Below are positions 27,889-37,965 of a stretch of DNA of 64,000 nucleotides, one piece after another. Within the stretch, counting starts at the first letter, position 1. Each line of letters opens with the position of its first letter. Source of the stretch: Acidobacteriota bacterium (lineage in GTDB: Bacteria > Acidobacteriota > Thermoanaerobaculia > UBA5066); the NCBI GenBank assembly GCA_029567505.1, contig JAKPXO010000221.1:8166-72165 (forward strand), read 5' to 3'. The notes beneath the pieces were generated by a model. The model worked only from the letters and a program-made list of their open reading frames with translations, ran no database searches and was not told the origin of the DNA. The translations under genes and the position numbers were made by a program.

Positions 27889-29475
27889 TCAGAGACTGAC
27901 CGTGTCCTTGTGGTCGCCGAAGACCGACTTCAGCGACTCGACGACCTCGCCAAGCGTGACGTTCCCGTCGACGGCCTCGACGATCGGTGGCATCAGGTTC
28001 CGCCCCTCCTTCGCCGCGGCGACGAGGTCGGCACGGAGGCGTTCGACCTTCGCGCCGTCGCGCCGGGCGCGGAACGCGGCGAGCCGCTCGACCTGCTCCG
28101 TCTCGACCTTCGGGTCGATCGACATCGTCGGGATCGGGTTCTCCTCCTCGAGGACGAACTCGTTCACGCCGACGACGACCTGGCCCTTCGACTCGATCGC
28201 CTTCTGCGCCTGGTACGCCGCCTCCTGGATCTCGCGCTGGAAGTAGCCCGCCTCGATGGCGGCGAGCGCCCCTCCCATCTCGTCGATCCTCCCGATGAGC
28301 GCCGAGGCCTTCTCCACGATCTCCGCGGTGAGGGCTTCGATCGCCCACGATCCGCCGAGCGGGTCGGCGACCCGCGCGACCCCCGTCTCGTACGCGATGA
28401 CCTGCTGCGTCCGGAGCGCGAGGCGGGCTGCCTCGGTCGTCGGCAGGGCGAGCGCCTCGTCCCGCGAGTTCGTGTGGAGCGACTGCGTTCCGCCGAGGAC
28501 GGCCGCGAGCGCCTGGATGGCGACGCGGACGACGTTCACGTCGGGCTGCTGCGCCGTGAGCGTCGAGCCCGCCGTCTGCGTGTGGAAGCGGAGCGCCTGC
28601 GCGCGCGGGTCGTCGATGCCGAAGCGGTCCTTCAGCAGGCGCGCCCAGAGCGTCCGCGCCGCCCGGAACTTCGCGATCTCCTCGAGGAAGTCGTTGTGGA
28701 CGTTGAAGAAGAACGTGAGCCGCGGGGCGATGGCCTTCGGGTCGAGGCCCGCCTTCACCGCGGCCGAGAGGTACTCGACGCCGTCCGCGAGGGTGAAGGC
28801 GACCTCCTGGACCGCCGTCGAGCCCGCCTCCCGGATGTGGTAGCCCGAGATGGAGATGGTGTTCCAGCGGGGGACGTTCTCCGCGCAGAAGCCGAAGATG
28901 TCGGTGATGAGGCGCATCGACGGCTTCGGCGGGAACGCGTAGGTCCCGCGGGCCGCGTACTCCTTGAGGATGTCGTTCTGGATCGTCCCCGAGAGCGCCT
29001 TCCACTCCGTCCCGCGCCGCCGCGCGACGGCGAGAAGGAAGCCGAGGAGGATCGACGCGGTCGCGTTGATCGTCATCGAGATCGACACCTCGCCGAGCGG
29101 GATGCCGTCGAGGAGGGTCTCCATGTCCTCGATCGAATCGATGGCGACGCCGACACGGCCGACCTCGCCGCGCGCGAGCGCGGCGTCGGAGTCGAACCCG
29201 ATCTGGGTCGGGAGGTCGAACGCGACGGAAAGGCCGGTCTGCCCCTGGGCGAGGAGGTAGCGGTAGCGGGCATTGGACTCGCGGGCGGTCGAGAAGCCGG
29301 CGTACTGGCGCATCGTCCAGAGCTTCTTCCGGTAGCCGCCGGCCATCGCGCCGCGGGTGTACGGGAACGCACCGGGCACGCCCGGATCCCAGCCCTGCGG
29401 GACGTCCCCCGGGGCATAGGAGGGACGGACCGGGATCCCTGAGGTCGTGACGGTGTCGGTCTTCGTGGTGGACAT
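27889..29475 (-). CDS. methylmalonyl-CoA mutase family catalytic (TIM-barrel) subunit without B12-binding domain
   Basis: 528 aa from ATG 29475; strong MCM-family substrate-barrel similarity ([18 protein letters not shown]...[11 protein letters not shown]...). No C-terminal DxHxxG B12-binding domain, so a separate small B12 subunit is expected elsewhere. Confidence 0.85.
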   Translation of the reverse strand: MSTTKTDTVTTSGIPVRPSYAPGDVPQGWDPGVPGAFPYTRGAMAGGYRKKLWTMRQYAGFSTARESNARYRYLLAQGQTGLSVAFDLPTQIGFDSDAALARGEVGRVGVAIDSIEDMETLLDGIPLGEVSISMTINATASILLGFLLAVARRRGTEWKALSGTIQNDILKEYAARGTYAFPPKPSMRLITDIFGFCAENVPRWNTISISGYHIREAGSTAVQEVAFTLADGVEYLSAAVKAGLDPKAIAPRLTFFFNVHNDFLEEIAKFRAARTLWARLLKDRFGIDDPRAQALRFHTQTAGSTLTAQQPDVNVVRVAIQALAAVLGGTQSLHTNSRDEALALPTTEAARLALRTQQVIAYETGVARVADPLGGSWAIEALTAEIVEKASALIGRIDEMGGALAAIEAGYFQREIQEAAYQAQKAIESKGQVVVGVNEFVLEEENPIPTMSIDPKVETEQVERLAAFRARRDGAKVERLRADLVAAAKEGRNLMPPIVEAVDGNVTLGEVVESLKSVFGDHKDTVSL

Positions 29476-29627
29476 GAGGCCGATGCTAATGGAAATGGCA
29501 CGCGAGGACACCGTGCGAGACCGCATCTCGAATCACGCGCGCCGGAGGGGCGACCGCCCGGCCGGCCGCCTCCGCGTGCGACGGCCGGCTCCCTCCGGAC
29601 CCGCTTCGTGTCACACTTCGTGCAGCC

Positions 29628-31064
29628 TTGTCGAAGTCGCTCAGCGGAACGCTCGATACCTTCGCCCTCGCCGACCTCCTGCAGTGGATCGAGATCAACC
29701 GGCTCTCCGGCCGATTGACGATCTCGCGCGGGGAGGACCGGAGGATGATCGACGTCAAGGACGGCGCGATCGTCTTCGTCTCGTCGGTCCGGCCGGAGGA
29801 GCGGCTCGGGACGTTCCTGGTCGCGCGCGGCGTCCTCCCGGAACCGGTCGTCTACGAGCTCCTCGCCGACAGCTTCCTGACGGGCCGGAGCCTCACGAGG
29901 CTCGTCTTCGAGACGGGCCTGCTTTCGCGCGAGGCGCTGGCCGGGGCCGTCGAGGAGCTCGCGCTGAAGGTCCTCCTCGACCTCTTCCACTGGCGCGGCG
30001 CCCGGTTCGTCTACGACCCCACCGTCGTCACCGAGGACCTCCTCCGGATCCAGCTTTCGCTGCGCGGCCAGCTCCTGGCGCTCGAAGGGGCGCGGGCCGT
30101 CGACGACACGGCCCGCATTCGCGCCGTCCGCTCGGAGGACCTCGAGGAGCCGGAGGCGGAGGGCGACGAGCTCTCGGCACGCCGCGTCGCGCGCTCGTTC
30201 TTCTCCGTCGTCGAGGGGCTCGACCTCGAGAGCCCGCCCCCGTCCGTGTGGCAGGAGCGCTTCGAGCTCTTCGGGAGGTTCTCGGAGAAGGTCGCGGCCT
30301 CGCTTCGGAAGCCGTTCCGGCCCTTCCCGCTCTTCGAGGACACCGTCGAACGATGCCGCGCCGCCCTCGCGTCCGGCACGGAGGGCGAGGAGACGTTCCG
30401 CCTCGCCGCGACGGACCCGTTTCTCACGGTCGACCTCCTCTTCGTCGGAAACGCGCTTCGCACTCCGGCCACGGGACTCCTGTCGACCGTCGACGGCGCC
30501 CTCTCTGCGATCGGGCCGGGAGCGCTCCGGCGGACCCTCGAGCTCCTCACCGCCCCGGGCGTCGCGGTGGTCTCGGGGCGGGATCGCCTCGAGAGGGCGC
30601 TCCGGAGCGCCGCCGTGTCCACGGCCGTGGCCGCATCCCACGTCGCCCCGTCGCTCGGAGAGGACCCCGGGCTCGCCTGGTCCCTGGCGCTCCTCGAGCC
30701 GGTGGGCGGCTACGAGCTCCTCAAGCTGCTCCTCGCGGAGGACTTCGACCCCGGACCGTTCCGGGCCGCGACCCTCGACTGGTACCGCGCGACGAGCGGC
30801 CGTGCGCTGGCACGAAAGCTGAATCTGCCCGTCGCGTTCGCCGACGTCCTCGGTTCGGACGGTCAGGTCTCGAGCCGGAGCTCCGTCGCCGAGCAGCTGA
30901 TCTTTTTCGCGAAGCAGATGGTCGCGGCGGAGCAGGTCGGCCGCGAGTGGACGAGCGACGACCCGGAGCTCGCCGACCGGTACGCCTCCCTCGCCGTCGA
31001 CGAAGCGCTGGCGGACCGGATCGGCCGGGACGCCTCGGCCCTTCGCGAGCTCCTCAGTCTCTGA
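29628..31064 (+). CDS. DUF4388 (PatA-N-like) and HDOD domain signalling protein
   Basis: TTG start. N-terminus LDTFALADLLQWIEINRLSGRLTI is the DUF4388 signature. The C-terminal region (DPFLTVDLLFVGNALR...LGPGALRRTLELL...) resembles an HDOD domain. Confidence 0.55.
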   Translation: MSKSLSGTLDTFALADLLQWIEINRLSGRLTISRGEDRRMIDVKDGAIVFVSSVRPEERLGTFLVARGVLPEPVVYELLADSFLTGRSLTRLVFETGLLSREALAGAVEELALKVLLDLFHWRGARFVYDPTVVTEDLLRIQLSLRGQLLALEGARAVDDTARIRAVRSEDLEEPEAEGDELSARRVARSFFSVVEGLDLESPPPSVWQERFELFGRFSEKVAASLRKPFRPFPLFEDTVERCRAALASGTEGEETFRLAATDPFLTVDLLFVGNALRTPATGLLSTVDGALSAIGPGALRRTLELLTAPGVAVVSGRDRLERALRSAAVSTAVAASHVAPSLGEDPGLAWSLALLEPVGGYELLKLLLAEDFDPGPFRAATLDWYRATSGRALARKLNLPVAFADVLGSDGQVSSRSSVAEQLIFFAKQMVAAEQVGREWTSDDPELADRYASLAVDEALADRIGRDASALRELLSL

Positions 31065-31128
31065 TCCGTCCGCGCGGCTCCCGCCGTAGTACCTGGCAGT
31101 CCCGGTCAGCTCCGAACGGAGGTATCCC

Positions 31129-32763
31129 ATGTTCGCCCGAACCGCTTCACTCGCTCTTCTCGCATTCGCCCTCGTCCTCTCTCCGAGCCCCGCGATGCGC
31201 GGCGAGGAGCCGCCGCAGGAGCCGCTCCCGGTCGGAGTACGCGCGGCCGTGGAGGTCCGCGCGCTGGACCTCGACGTCGTCGCGACGAAGGACGGCCGGC
31301 CGGTCACGGACCTGACCCGGGACGAGTTCGTCGTCCGCATCGACAAGAAGGTCGTCCCGATCGACTACTTCGCCCGGGTGGAGGCCGGCACCGTCCACGG
31401 GCCCGACCTCGCGACCGCCTCGCCGGACCTCGTCCTCGACACCCTTCGCAACGACGCGGGAGAGACCTACGTCCCGAGGCAGTTCCTCGTCTATTTCGAC
31501 GACGAGCGGCTCCTCCCGCAGGACCGCAAGCCGGTCCTCGAGGGGCTCCGGGACTTCGTGATGCGGCTCTCGCCGTCCGACCGGGCCTCGATCGTCTCCT
31601 ACAACGGGGCGACCCGGGTCCTCGTCCCCTTCACGAGCAGCAAGGAGGACCTCCTCGGCGGCCTTTCGAAGCTGGAGGCCGTCGCGCCCAGGGGCCTCGC
31701 GCTCGAGTCGGAGTACCAGAGGACGGTGCGGGAGATCCGGATCTCGCCTCGCTCCCGGGCCTCCCTGATCCGTAACTGGTCGACGGAGGCCGCGCACCGC
31801 GAGCGGTGGGCCCTCCGCGAGCTCGCGCGGAGCGTGTCGGCCCTGGCCGCCCGCTCGGGGAAGAGAACGCTCCTCCTGGTGACGAACGGGTACGAATGGC
31901 ACCCTGGACGGGCCCTTGCCCTCGCCTACGGGCCGAGACTGGTCTCGCAGTTCGCCGAAGACGTCGGCGAGGAGATCGAGAAGGTCCTCGCCGAGGCCAA
32001 CGGCGCGGGGATCACCATCCAGGTCTTCGACGCGAAGGGGCTCGGCGCCGGCGCCGACGCCTCCGAGCGGTCGAACCCCGCGATCAGCCCGTTCTACCGC
32101 GCGCAGGGTTTCCGTGACTCGATGGTGACGCTGGCGACGGGTACGGGCGGGACGCTCGTCGAGAACCGGAACGAGTTCCGGGCGGACCTCGACCGCGTCT
32201 ACCGGGAATCGAGCGGCTACTACTCGGTCGGGGTCACGCTCGCCGGCCTCGCCGGCGCGGGCGAGAGGAAGGTCGAGGTGCGGACGACCCGGCCGGGCGT
32301 GGTCGTTCGCGCGCGCACCCACTTCGTCCCCCGGAGCGCCGACGAGGCGGCCGTCGACCGCATCGAGATGGCCCTCCTGACGCCCGGCGTCCAGGGTGAC
32401 TTCCCGGCGGCGCTTCGGATCGGGAGCCTCTCGCCGGCGGGCGGGCTCGCCCGGCGGACGGGTCCGTACGAGGTCGAGTTCTCCCTCGCGGACCTGACCT
32501 TCCGCGACGAAGGCGACCGGAAGACGGCGGTCGTCGAGATCACCCTCGCCGCCATCCAGGACACGGGCGCCCGATCCGACGTCACCCCGGAGAAGAAGAC
32601 GCTCTCGATCCCGGTCTCGGAGTGGGAGCGTGCCAGCAGCCAGCCGTTCGTCTACCGCGGCCAGGTCAAGAGCGGAAAGGGGAACATCCGCTTCGTGGCG
32701 GGCGTGCGCGACGTCGCCACCGGCCGGATGGCGCTCGCGTCCGCGGACGTCCGCGTCGACTAG
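31129..32763 (+). CDS. secreted VWA-domain protein (VWFA-related Acidobacterial-type)
   Basis: Signal peptide, RBS GGAGGT upstream; VWA fold (FLVYFDDERL...LLLVTNGYE); Ig-like C-terminal region. Confidence 0.6.
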   Translation: MFARTASLALLAFALVLSPSPAMRGEEPPQEPLPVGVRAAVEVRALDLDVVATKDGRPVTDLTRDEFVVRIDKKVVPIDYFARVEAGTVHGPDLATASPDLVLDTLRNDAGETYVPRQFLVYFDDERLLPQDRKPVLEGLRDFVMRLSPSDRASIVSYNGATRVLVPFTSSKEDLLGGLSKLEAVAPRGLALESEYQRTVREIRISPRSRASLIRNWSTEAAHRERWALRELARSVSALAARSGKRTLLLVTNGYEWHPGRALALAYGPRLVSQFAEDVGEEIEKVLAEANGAGITIQVFDAKGLGAGADASERSNPAISPFYRAQGFRDSMVTLATGTGGTLVENRNEFRADLDRVYRESSGYYSVGVTLAGLAGAGERKVEVRTTRPGVVVRARTHFVPRSADEAAVDRIEMALLTPGVQGDFPAALRIGSLSPAGGLARRTGPYEVEFSLADLTFRDEGDRKTAVVEITLAAIQDTGARSDVTPEKKTLSIPVSEWERASSQPFVYRGQVKSGKGNIRFVAGVRDVATGRMALASADVRVD

Positions 32764-32850
32764 GAACGCCCGTCGGCGCGCCGCTCCCCGAAACACGACG
32801 GCCCCGGCTTTCGCCGGGGCCGTCGATCGTACGGGGGCGTGCGGGAGGCG

Positions 32851-34464
32851 CTACTTCTTCGCGGCCGGCGCCTTGGGAGCCGGGGCCTTGGCGGCCGGCG
32901 CCTTCGCCGGGGCCGGCGGCGCCGCGAGCGTGAACGGCGCCTTCGCCTCGACGCTCTTGCCGGAGATGACGTCGGTGATCTTCAGCGTCATGACGTACTC
33001 GCCGGGGCGGAAGTAGTCGCCGAGGTTGACGTCGACGATGGAGCCGGCCAGATCGATGACCAGGGCGGTCGCCGAGCCGGTCTGCTCCGGCACGATCATC
33101 GGCTCGTCCGCGGGCTGGGGCACGTCGATCGTGGAGCCGTTCTTCGGCTTGATCGAGATCGACCTCTTCAGGTGGAGCTTCTTCGTCGCGGGGTCGACCG
33201 CGGGGTTGTAGACCCGGGCCACGTAGGCGAGACCGTCGGTCTTCTCGAGGACGTCGCCGCCCCTCGCGACGAACTTCCGGACCGAGAAGACGAACGGCTC
33301 CTCCGCCTTCGCTCCGTCAGCGGCGATGTCGGTGCAGGCGAGCAGGAGCGGGGACATCGCGAGCTCGGACGGCAGCGGAGTCACCGTGACGGGCCGGTGG
33401 GCCGAGACCTTCTCGGCGCCCGACGCGTCGAGGAGCAGCGCCGCGACCTGGTACTCACCGGCGTCGACCGGGAGAGCCACGTCGACGAACCAGTCCTCGC
33501 GCACCTTCTGCAGGACCGCGGGCTCCTCGCGCCGGGCGGCGTCCTTCCCGTCCTTGCCGCGGACGAGGAGGGCGACCTTCATTCCCTCCGGGGCCGCGCC
33601 GGCAGCGCCTGCGGGCGCTACCGAGGCCGGAACGTAGAGCTGGACCATCAGGCGGGTCGCCTTGTCGCCGTAGGCGAGCGGGAAGAGAGAGAGCCCGCCC
33701 TGGGGCTCCTTCGCGAGGAGCGCTTCGAGCGAAGCGCGGACGGGCGCCGAGAGGACCGGACCCTTTGCGGCCTCGGCGGCGGCCTCGGCCGCGGCCTTCA
33801 TCTCCGCCTCGTACTCCTCGCGCGTCTTGTAGACCGGCGGCTCCGTCATCTTCGGGTTGACGACGGCGGCCGCGATCGCCTTCTTCCAGAGCTTCTTGAT
33901 GTCGGCGGTCTTGTCGGGCGTCTCCCGCTCGGCCCGCTCGTCGACCGTGAAGTTGACGCGGAACGACTTCATCCCGGCCCACTCCGGGAGCTGCTCCTTG
34001 TCGTACTGGAACTGGATCACCACGACGTTGCCGCGGGACAGGAAGGAGCCCGCCTCGCCCTCCGCTCCGGCCGACCCGGCGTCGGCCGACTCGACCTTCG
34101 AGGCGATCGCCTTCGGCGGGCCGAGGAGGATCAGGACCTTGCCGCGCTCGGTCAGGGCGCCGCGCTTCTTCCCGAGGGTGAAGCGCTTGTCGGCCTCGGC
34201 GACGAGGGCGTCGAACTTCGTCCGGAAGACGTTCTGGGCGGTCTTCTGGTAGTCGGGGTGGCGCTTGCCCCAGAAGAGGTTGAAGAACTTCTGGGCCTCT
34301 TCGTCGTTCGTGACGCCGGCCCAGGCCTTCTTCTCGTCCTCCGTGGCGTAGTAGACGAACTCGGGGGAGCTCTCCCAGTCCTTGAACTTATCCAGCTGGG
34401 CGGCCGCGGGGAGCGCGAGCGCCACGAGCGGGACGAGGGTCGCGAGAAGCCGGAGCTTTCTCAT
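32851..34464 (-). CDS. secreted GWxTD-domain-like protein with Ala/Pro/Lys-rich C-terminal tail
   Basis: ATG at 34464 (MRKLRLLATLVPLVALALPAAAQ signal). N-terminal YYATEDEKKAWAGVTNDEEAQKFFNLFWGKRHP resembles the GWxTD family. C-terminal (APAAKAPAPKAPAAKK) repeats. Confidence 0.5.
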   Translation of the reverse strand: MRKLRLLATLVPLVALALPAAAQLDKFKDWESSPEFVYYATEDEKKAWAGVTNDEEAQKFFNLFWGKRHPDYQKTAQNVFRTKFDALVAEADKRFTLGKKRGALTERGKVLILLGPPKAIASKVESADAGSAGAEGEAGSFLSRGNVVVIQFQYDKEQLPEWAGMKSFRVNFTVDERAERETPDKTADIKKLWKKAIAAAVVNPKMTEPPVYKTREEYEAEMKAAAEAAAEAAKGPVLSAPVRASLEALLAKEPQGGLSLFPLAYGDKATRLMVQLYVPASVAPAGAAGAAPEGMKVALLVRGKDGKDAARREEPAVLQKVREDWFVDVALPVDAGEYQVAALLLDASGAEKVSAHRPVTVTPLPSELAMSPLLLACTDIAADGAKAEEPFVFSVRKFVARGGDVLEKTDGLAYVARVYNPAVDPATKKLHLKRSISIKPKNGSTIDVPQPADEPMIVPEQTGSATALVIDLAGSIVDVNLGDYFRPGEYVMTLKITDVISGKSVEAKAPFTLAAPPAPAKAPAAKAPAPKAPAAKK

Positions 34465-34561
34465 CCGTGTGGTCCTTTCAGGGGGGGTTCGCCGGGACCG
34501 GCGCATCCTTGGGACTATATCGCACCGCGCTCGGGGGCGTCGCGCCGGAAAGCCGGCCCGG

Positions 34562-35692
34562 TCAGGGGCTCCCGAGGAGCGCCTGGACCTGCGGGTCGTC
34601 CGGCCGGATCTTCAGCGCCTTCCGAAGCGCACGCTGCGCCGCGGGCTCGTTCCCGAGCGCCCGCTCGACGCGCGCGAGGCCGAGGAGCGCCTCGACGAGG
34701 TCCTTCCCTTCGCGGTGGGCCCGTTTGTAGGCGGTCCGAGCCTGCTTGAAGTTCCCGCCCGCGAGCTCCAGGTCGCCCTGGACGACGAAGAGGTAGGCCG
34801 AGGCGTCCCGGGTGTTCGCGGCCGCGAGGGCGGCCCGCGCCTCGGTGGCCCTCCCCTGCTCGATGTAGAGCGCCGCCAGGTTGTGCAGGAGGGCGGGTCG
34901 GTGGGGGTCGAGGTCGAGCCCCTCCCGGAACGCTTCGTAGGCGCCCTCGATGTCGCCCTGCTTCCACCTCACGATCCCGAGGTTCGAGTGGAGGTCCGGG
35001 AGGGAGCGCTGCAGCTTCGTCGCCCTCTCGAGGAGCGTGCGGGCCCGGGAGAGGTCTCCCGCGCGGAGGGCTTCCACGCCCCGGTTGCTCGCCGAGATCG
35101 CGGCGACGGCCAGGTCGTCGATCAGCCTCAGGTCGACCCGGGACTCGTCGCGGGTCATGTAGAAGTCGAAGACGGTCAGCTGCCGGAGCTTCGGCAGGAC
35201 GGCGACCATGTGGTTGTAGACCATCACGAGGTCGCCCTCCTTCTCGCTCCGGGCCCGCCGGAAGACGAGGGCCGCCTGGAGGGGGATCCCGAGGGCCCGG
35301 CCGAAGGCGATGAAGAGGTTCGTGAACGAAACGCAATTCCCGCGCCGGAACGCGAACGCTTCCGCCGCGGTGAACGTCGCCACGGTGTCGTACTCGAACG
35401 CGTAGCTCTTCCGGTCCAGGATGGCCGCCTGGAGCCGGCGGAGCCTCTCGCCGTCGTCGCCCGCCGGCCCGGCGAGCTGCTCCGCCGCGGCCCGGATCTG
35501 CGGCGTGACCATCATCGGCATTGGGACGTCCCCGGGGTCGACGCCGCGGGCGGCAACGGCCTCGCGCCACCGCTCCGGCGTGAGGCGGAGGACGGGCGTC
35601 TCGTCGGTCGTCCGGCAGCCTCCCGCGAACGCCCCGAGGACGAGGACGAGGAGGGCGCCGCTCCGCCAGGGTCGGACGGGGGGTCTGGTCAC
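34562..35692 (-). CDS. lipoprotein with transglutaminase-like cysteine-protease domain and TPR repeats
   Basis: GTG start with lipobox-like LVLGAFAGGC; RRGNCVSFTNLFIAFGRALGIP transglutaminase-core Cys motif; four or more TPR-like repeats at the C-terminus. Confidence 0.7.
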   Translation of the reverse strand: MTRPPVRPWRSGALLVLVLGAFAGGCRTTDETPVLRLTPERWREAVAARGVDPGDVPMPMMVTPQIRAAAEQLAGPAGDDGERLRRLQAAILDRKSYAFEYDTVATFTAAEAFAFRRGNCVSFTNLFIAFGRALGIPLQAALVFRRARSEKEGDLVMVYNHMVAVLPKLRQLTVFDFYMTRDESRVDLRLIDDLAVAAISASNRGVEALRAGDLSRARTLLERATKLQRSLPDLHSNLGIVRWKQGDIEGAYEAFREGLDLDPHRPALLHNLAALYIEQGRATEARAALAAANTRDASAYLFVVQGDLELAGGNFKQARTAYKRAHREGKDLVEALLGLARVERALGNEPAAQRALRKALKIRPDDPQVQALLGSP

Positions 35693-35895
35693 GGTACCGC
35701 TGATTACGCCCGCAACCGCGTCTGGGTTCAAGTCCCGATTCGCCCGGTCGTCCGGCGCCACGCCGCGGGGGTGGCCCAGCGCCGGTGGCGGCCCCCCGGC
35801 CCCGTCGGCTCCGGAGCGCCCGGCGTGCAAGAATCGAGGTTTGGGCGCGGGAGGCTCCCGCGTCCCGCCTTCAAACGCAATTTCGCGAGGTCGCC

Positions 35896-37965
35896 GTGAT
35901 CCCAGGCCTGAAGAACCATGTCGAAGCCGCCGTGAAGGATGCCTGCCGTCGCCTCTGGGACGTCGAGCCGCCCCGGCTCGTCCTGGAGACGCCCCCGAAG
36001 GTCGAGCTCGGGGACCTCGCCCTCCCGATCGCGTTCGAGCTCGCCAAGGTCCTCCGGCGCCCGCCCCGGAAGATCGCCGAGGAGCTCGCCCCGGCGCTCG
36101 AGCTGCCTTCGATCGTCGCCCGCCGGAGCGTCGAGGGAGGCGGCTACGTGAACCTCTTCCTCGACCGGCCGAAGGCGCTCGCCGCGATGCTCGTCGCCGC
36201 GCCCGAGGCGGCGAAGGCGTCCGGGAAGGTCATCGTCGAGCACACGAACATCAACCCGAACAAGGCCGCCCACATCGGTCATCTCCGGAACGCCGTCCTC
36301 GGGGACGTCCTCGTCCACCTCTTCCGCCGCCTCGGGAAGCACGTCGAGGTGCAGAACTATCTCGACGACACGGGGGTCCAGGTCGCCGACGTCGTCGTCG
36401 GCCTCGAGCACGCCGACGAGCTCGCCGAGCCGACCCGGGCCGAGGAGCTCGCCTCGGAGATCCGCGAGGTCCTCGGCGCCTTCCCCGACGACGCCCCCGG
36501 GACCGAGCCGCGCCGGCTCGGCGACCTGACGTGGGACCTCTACGCCCTCGTCACCCGGAGCTACGCCGCCGACCCGTCGCTCGAGGAGCGCCGGAAGGCG
36601 ACGCTCCACGCCATCGAGGGGGCGGCCCTCGGACACGAGCTCTCCGGGGAGGCTCGGGCCACGGCCGCCCTCGCCTCCCGCCTCGCGGAGGCCGTCGTCC
36701 GCTGCCACCTGAAGACGATGGAGAGGATCGGCGTCTCCTACGACCTCCTCCCGCGCGAGAGCGACATCCTCGGCCGCCGCTTCTGGCAGAAGGCGTTCGA
36801 CCTCCTGAAGGCCGCCGGCGCCACGCAGCTCGAGACCGAGGGGAAGAACGCGGGCTGCTGGGTCATGAAGCTCGAGGGGGCGAAGGAGTTCGAGGGGATG
36901 GAGGACGCCGACAAGGTCCTCGTCCGCTCGAACGGCACCGTCACCTACACGGGCAAGGACGTCGCCTACCAGCTCTGGAAGCTGGGCGACCTCGGGATCG
37001 ACTTCGAGTACGAGAAGGCGCCCTACGTGAACCCGTTCGGCGAGGCCGAGTTCATCGCCTCCGACGGGACGTCGCCGCTCTACCGGACCCGCCACGACGC
37101 CGAGGGCGCGGACCCCTCCGCGCGCGGCCGCTTCGGCGGAGGGGACTCCGTCATCAACGTCATCGACGTGCGTCAGTCGTACCCGCAGAAGGTCGTCAAG
37201 GAGGCGGTCCGCCGGGCCGGCTTCCCGGAGGGCGCCGACCGGTCGGTCCACTTCGCGTACGAGATGGTCGCGCTTACGCCGGCGTCGGCCGAGCTCCTCG
37301 GCGTGACCCTCTCGGACGAAGATCGCGGCCGCGCCTACGTCGAGATGTCGGGCCGCAAGGGGCTCGGCGTGAAGGCCGACGACCTCGTCGAGCGGCTCGT
37401 CGAGAAGGCGATCGAGCAGATCCTCGACCGGCAGCCGGGCGAGCGTCCCGACCTCTCCCGGGCCGAGGCGATCGCGATCGGCGCGCTCCGCGTCTACATG
37501 ACCCGCTACTCGCGGAACAAGGTGATCGCCTTCGACTTCGACGAGGCGCTCGCGTTCGAGGGGGACACGGGACCGTACCTTCAGTACGCGGCCGTGAGGA
37601 CGGCGAACATCTTCCGCAAGCTGGAGGAGAAGGGGCTCCCGGGTCTCCTCGACGCGGAGGAGGCCGCCTCCGTCGGAGCGCTCGACGCCGCGCACCTGGA
37701 CGACGGCCTCTGGGACGTCGTGAGGACCTGCGGGCGGACGCAGGAGACGTTCGAGAAGGCCGCCGAGACGTTCGAGGTGTCGCTCCTGGTCCGGCACGCC
37801 CTCGCCGTCGGTGCCGCCTTCCACCACCTCTACCACACGCACCCGATCCTCCAGGCGGAGAACGACGAGAGCCGGCGGGCCCGACGGGCCGCGCTCCAGC
37901 TCGTCGCCCGGACGCTCGAAGACGTCCTCGGCGTCCTCGGCGTCCCGATCCCGGAGAGGATGTAG
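35896..37965 (+). CDS. argS: arginine--tRNA ligase
   Basis: GTG start; HTNINPNKAAHIGHLRNAVLGD (HIGH region); class I Rossmann core and DALR anticodon-binding domain. Confidence 0.9.
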   Translation: MIPGLKNHVEAAVKDACRRLWDVEPPRLVLETPPKVELGDLALPIAFELAKVLRRPPRKIAEELAPALELPSIVARRSVEGGGYVNLFLDRPKALAAMLVAAPEAAKASGKVIVEHTNINPNKAAHIGHLRNAVLGDVLVHLFRRLGKHVEVQNYLDDTGVQVADVVVGLEHADELAEPTRAEELASEIREVLGAFPDDAPGTEPRRLGDLTWDLYALVTRSYAADPSLEERRKATLHAIEGAALGHELSGEARATAALASRLAEAVVRCHLKTMERIGVSYDLLPRESDILGRRFWQKAFDLLKAAGATQLETEGKNAGCWVMKLEGAKEFEGMEDADKVLVRSNGTVTYTGKDVAYQLWKLGDLGIDFEYEKAPYVNPFGEAEFIASDGTSPLYRTRHDAEGADPSARGRFGGGDSVINVIDVRQSYPQKVVKEAVRRAGFPEGADRSVHFAYEMVALTPASAELLGVTLSDEDRGRAYVEMSGRKGLGVKADDLVERLVEKAIEQILDRQPGERPDLSRAEAIAIGALRVYMTRYSRNKVIAFDFDEALAFEGDTGPYLQYAAVRTANIFRKLEEKGLPGLLDAEEAASVGALDAAHLDDGLWDVVRTCGRTQETFEKAAETFEVSLLVRHALAVGAAFHHLYHTHPILQAENDESRRARRAALQLVARTLEDVLGVLGVPIPERM

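Noticed and set aside
27585-27899. 104-aa basic ORF in the tdk/mutase intergenic region.
   Set aside because: It runs through the terminator hairpin and has low-complexity Lys/Arg/His-rich composition. The region was kept as an ncRNA candidate instead.
35730-35760. tRNA-like T-loop sequence GGGTTCAAGTCCC.
   Set aside because: No matching acceptor or anticodon stems could be built around it. It lies in the 5' region of the transglutaminase-TPR gene.
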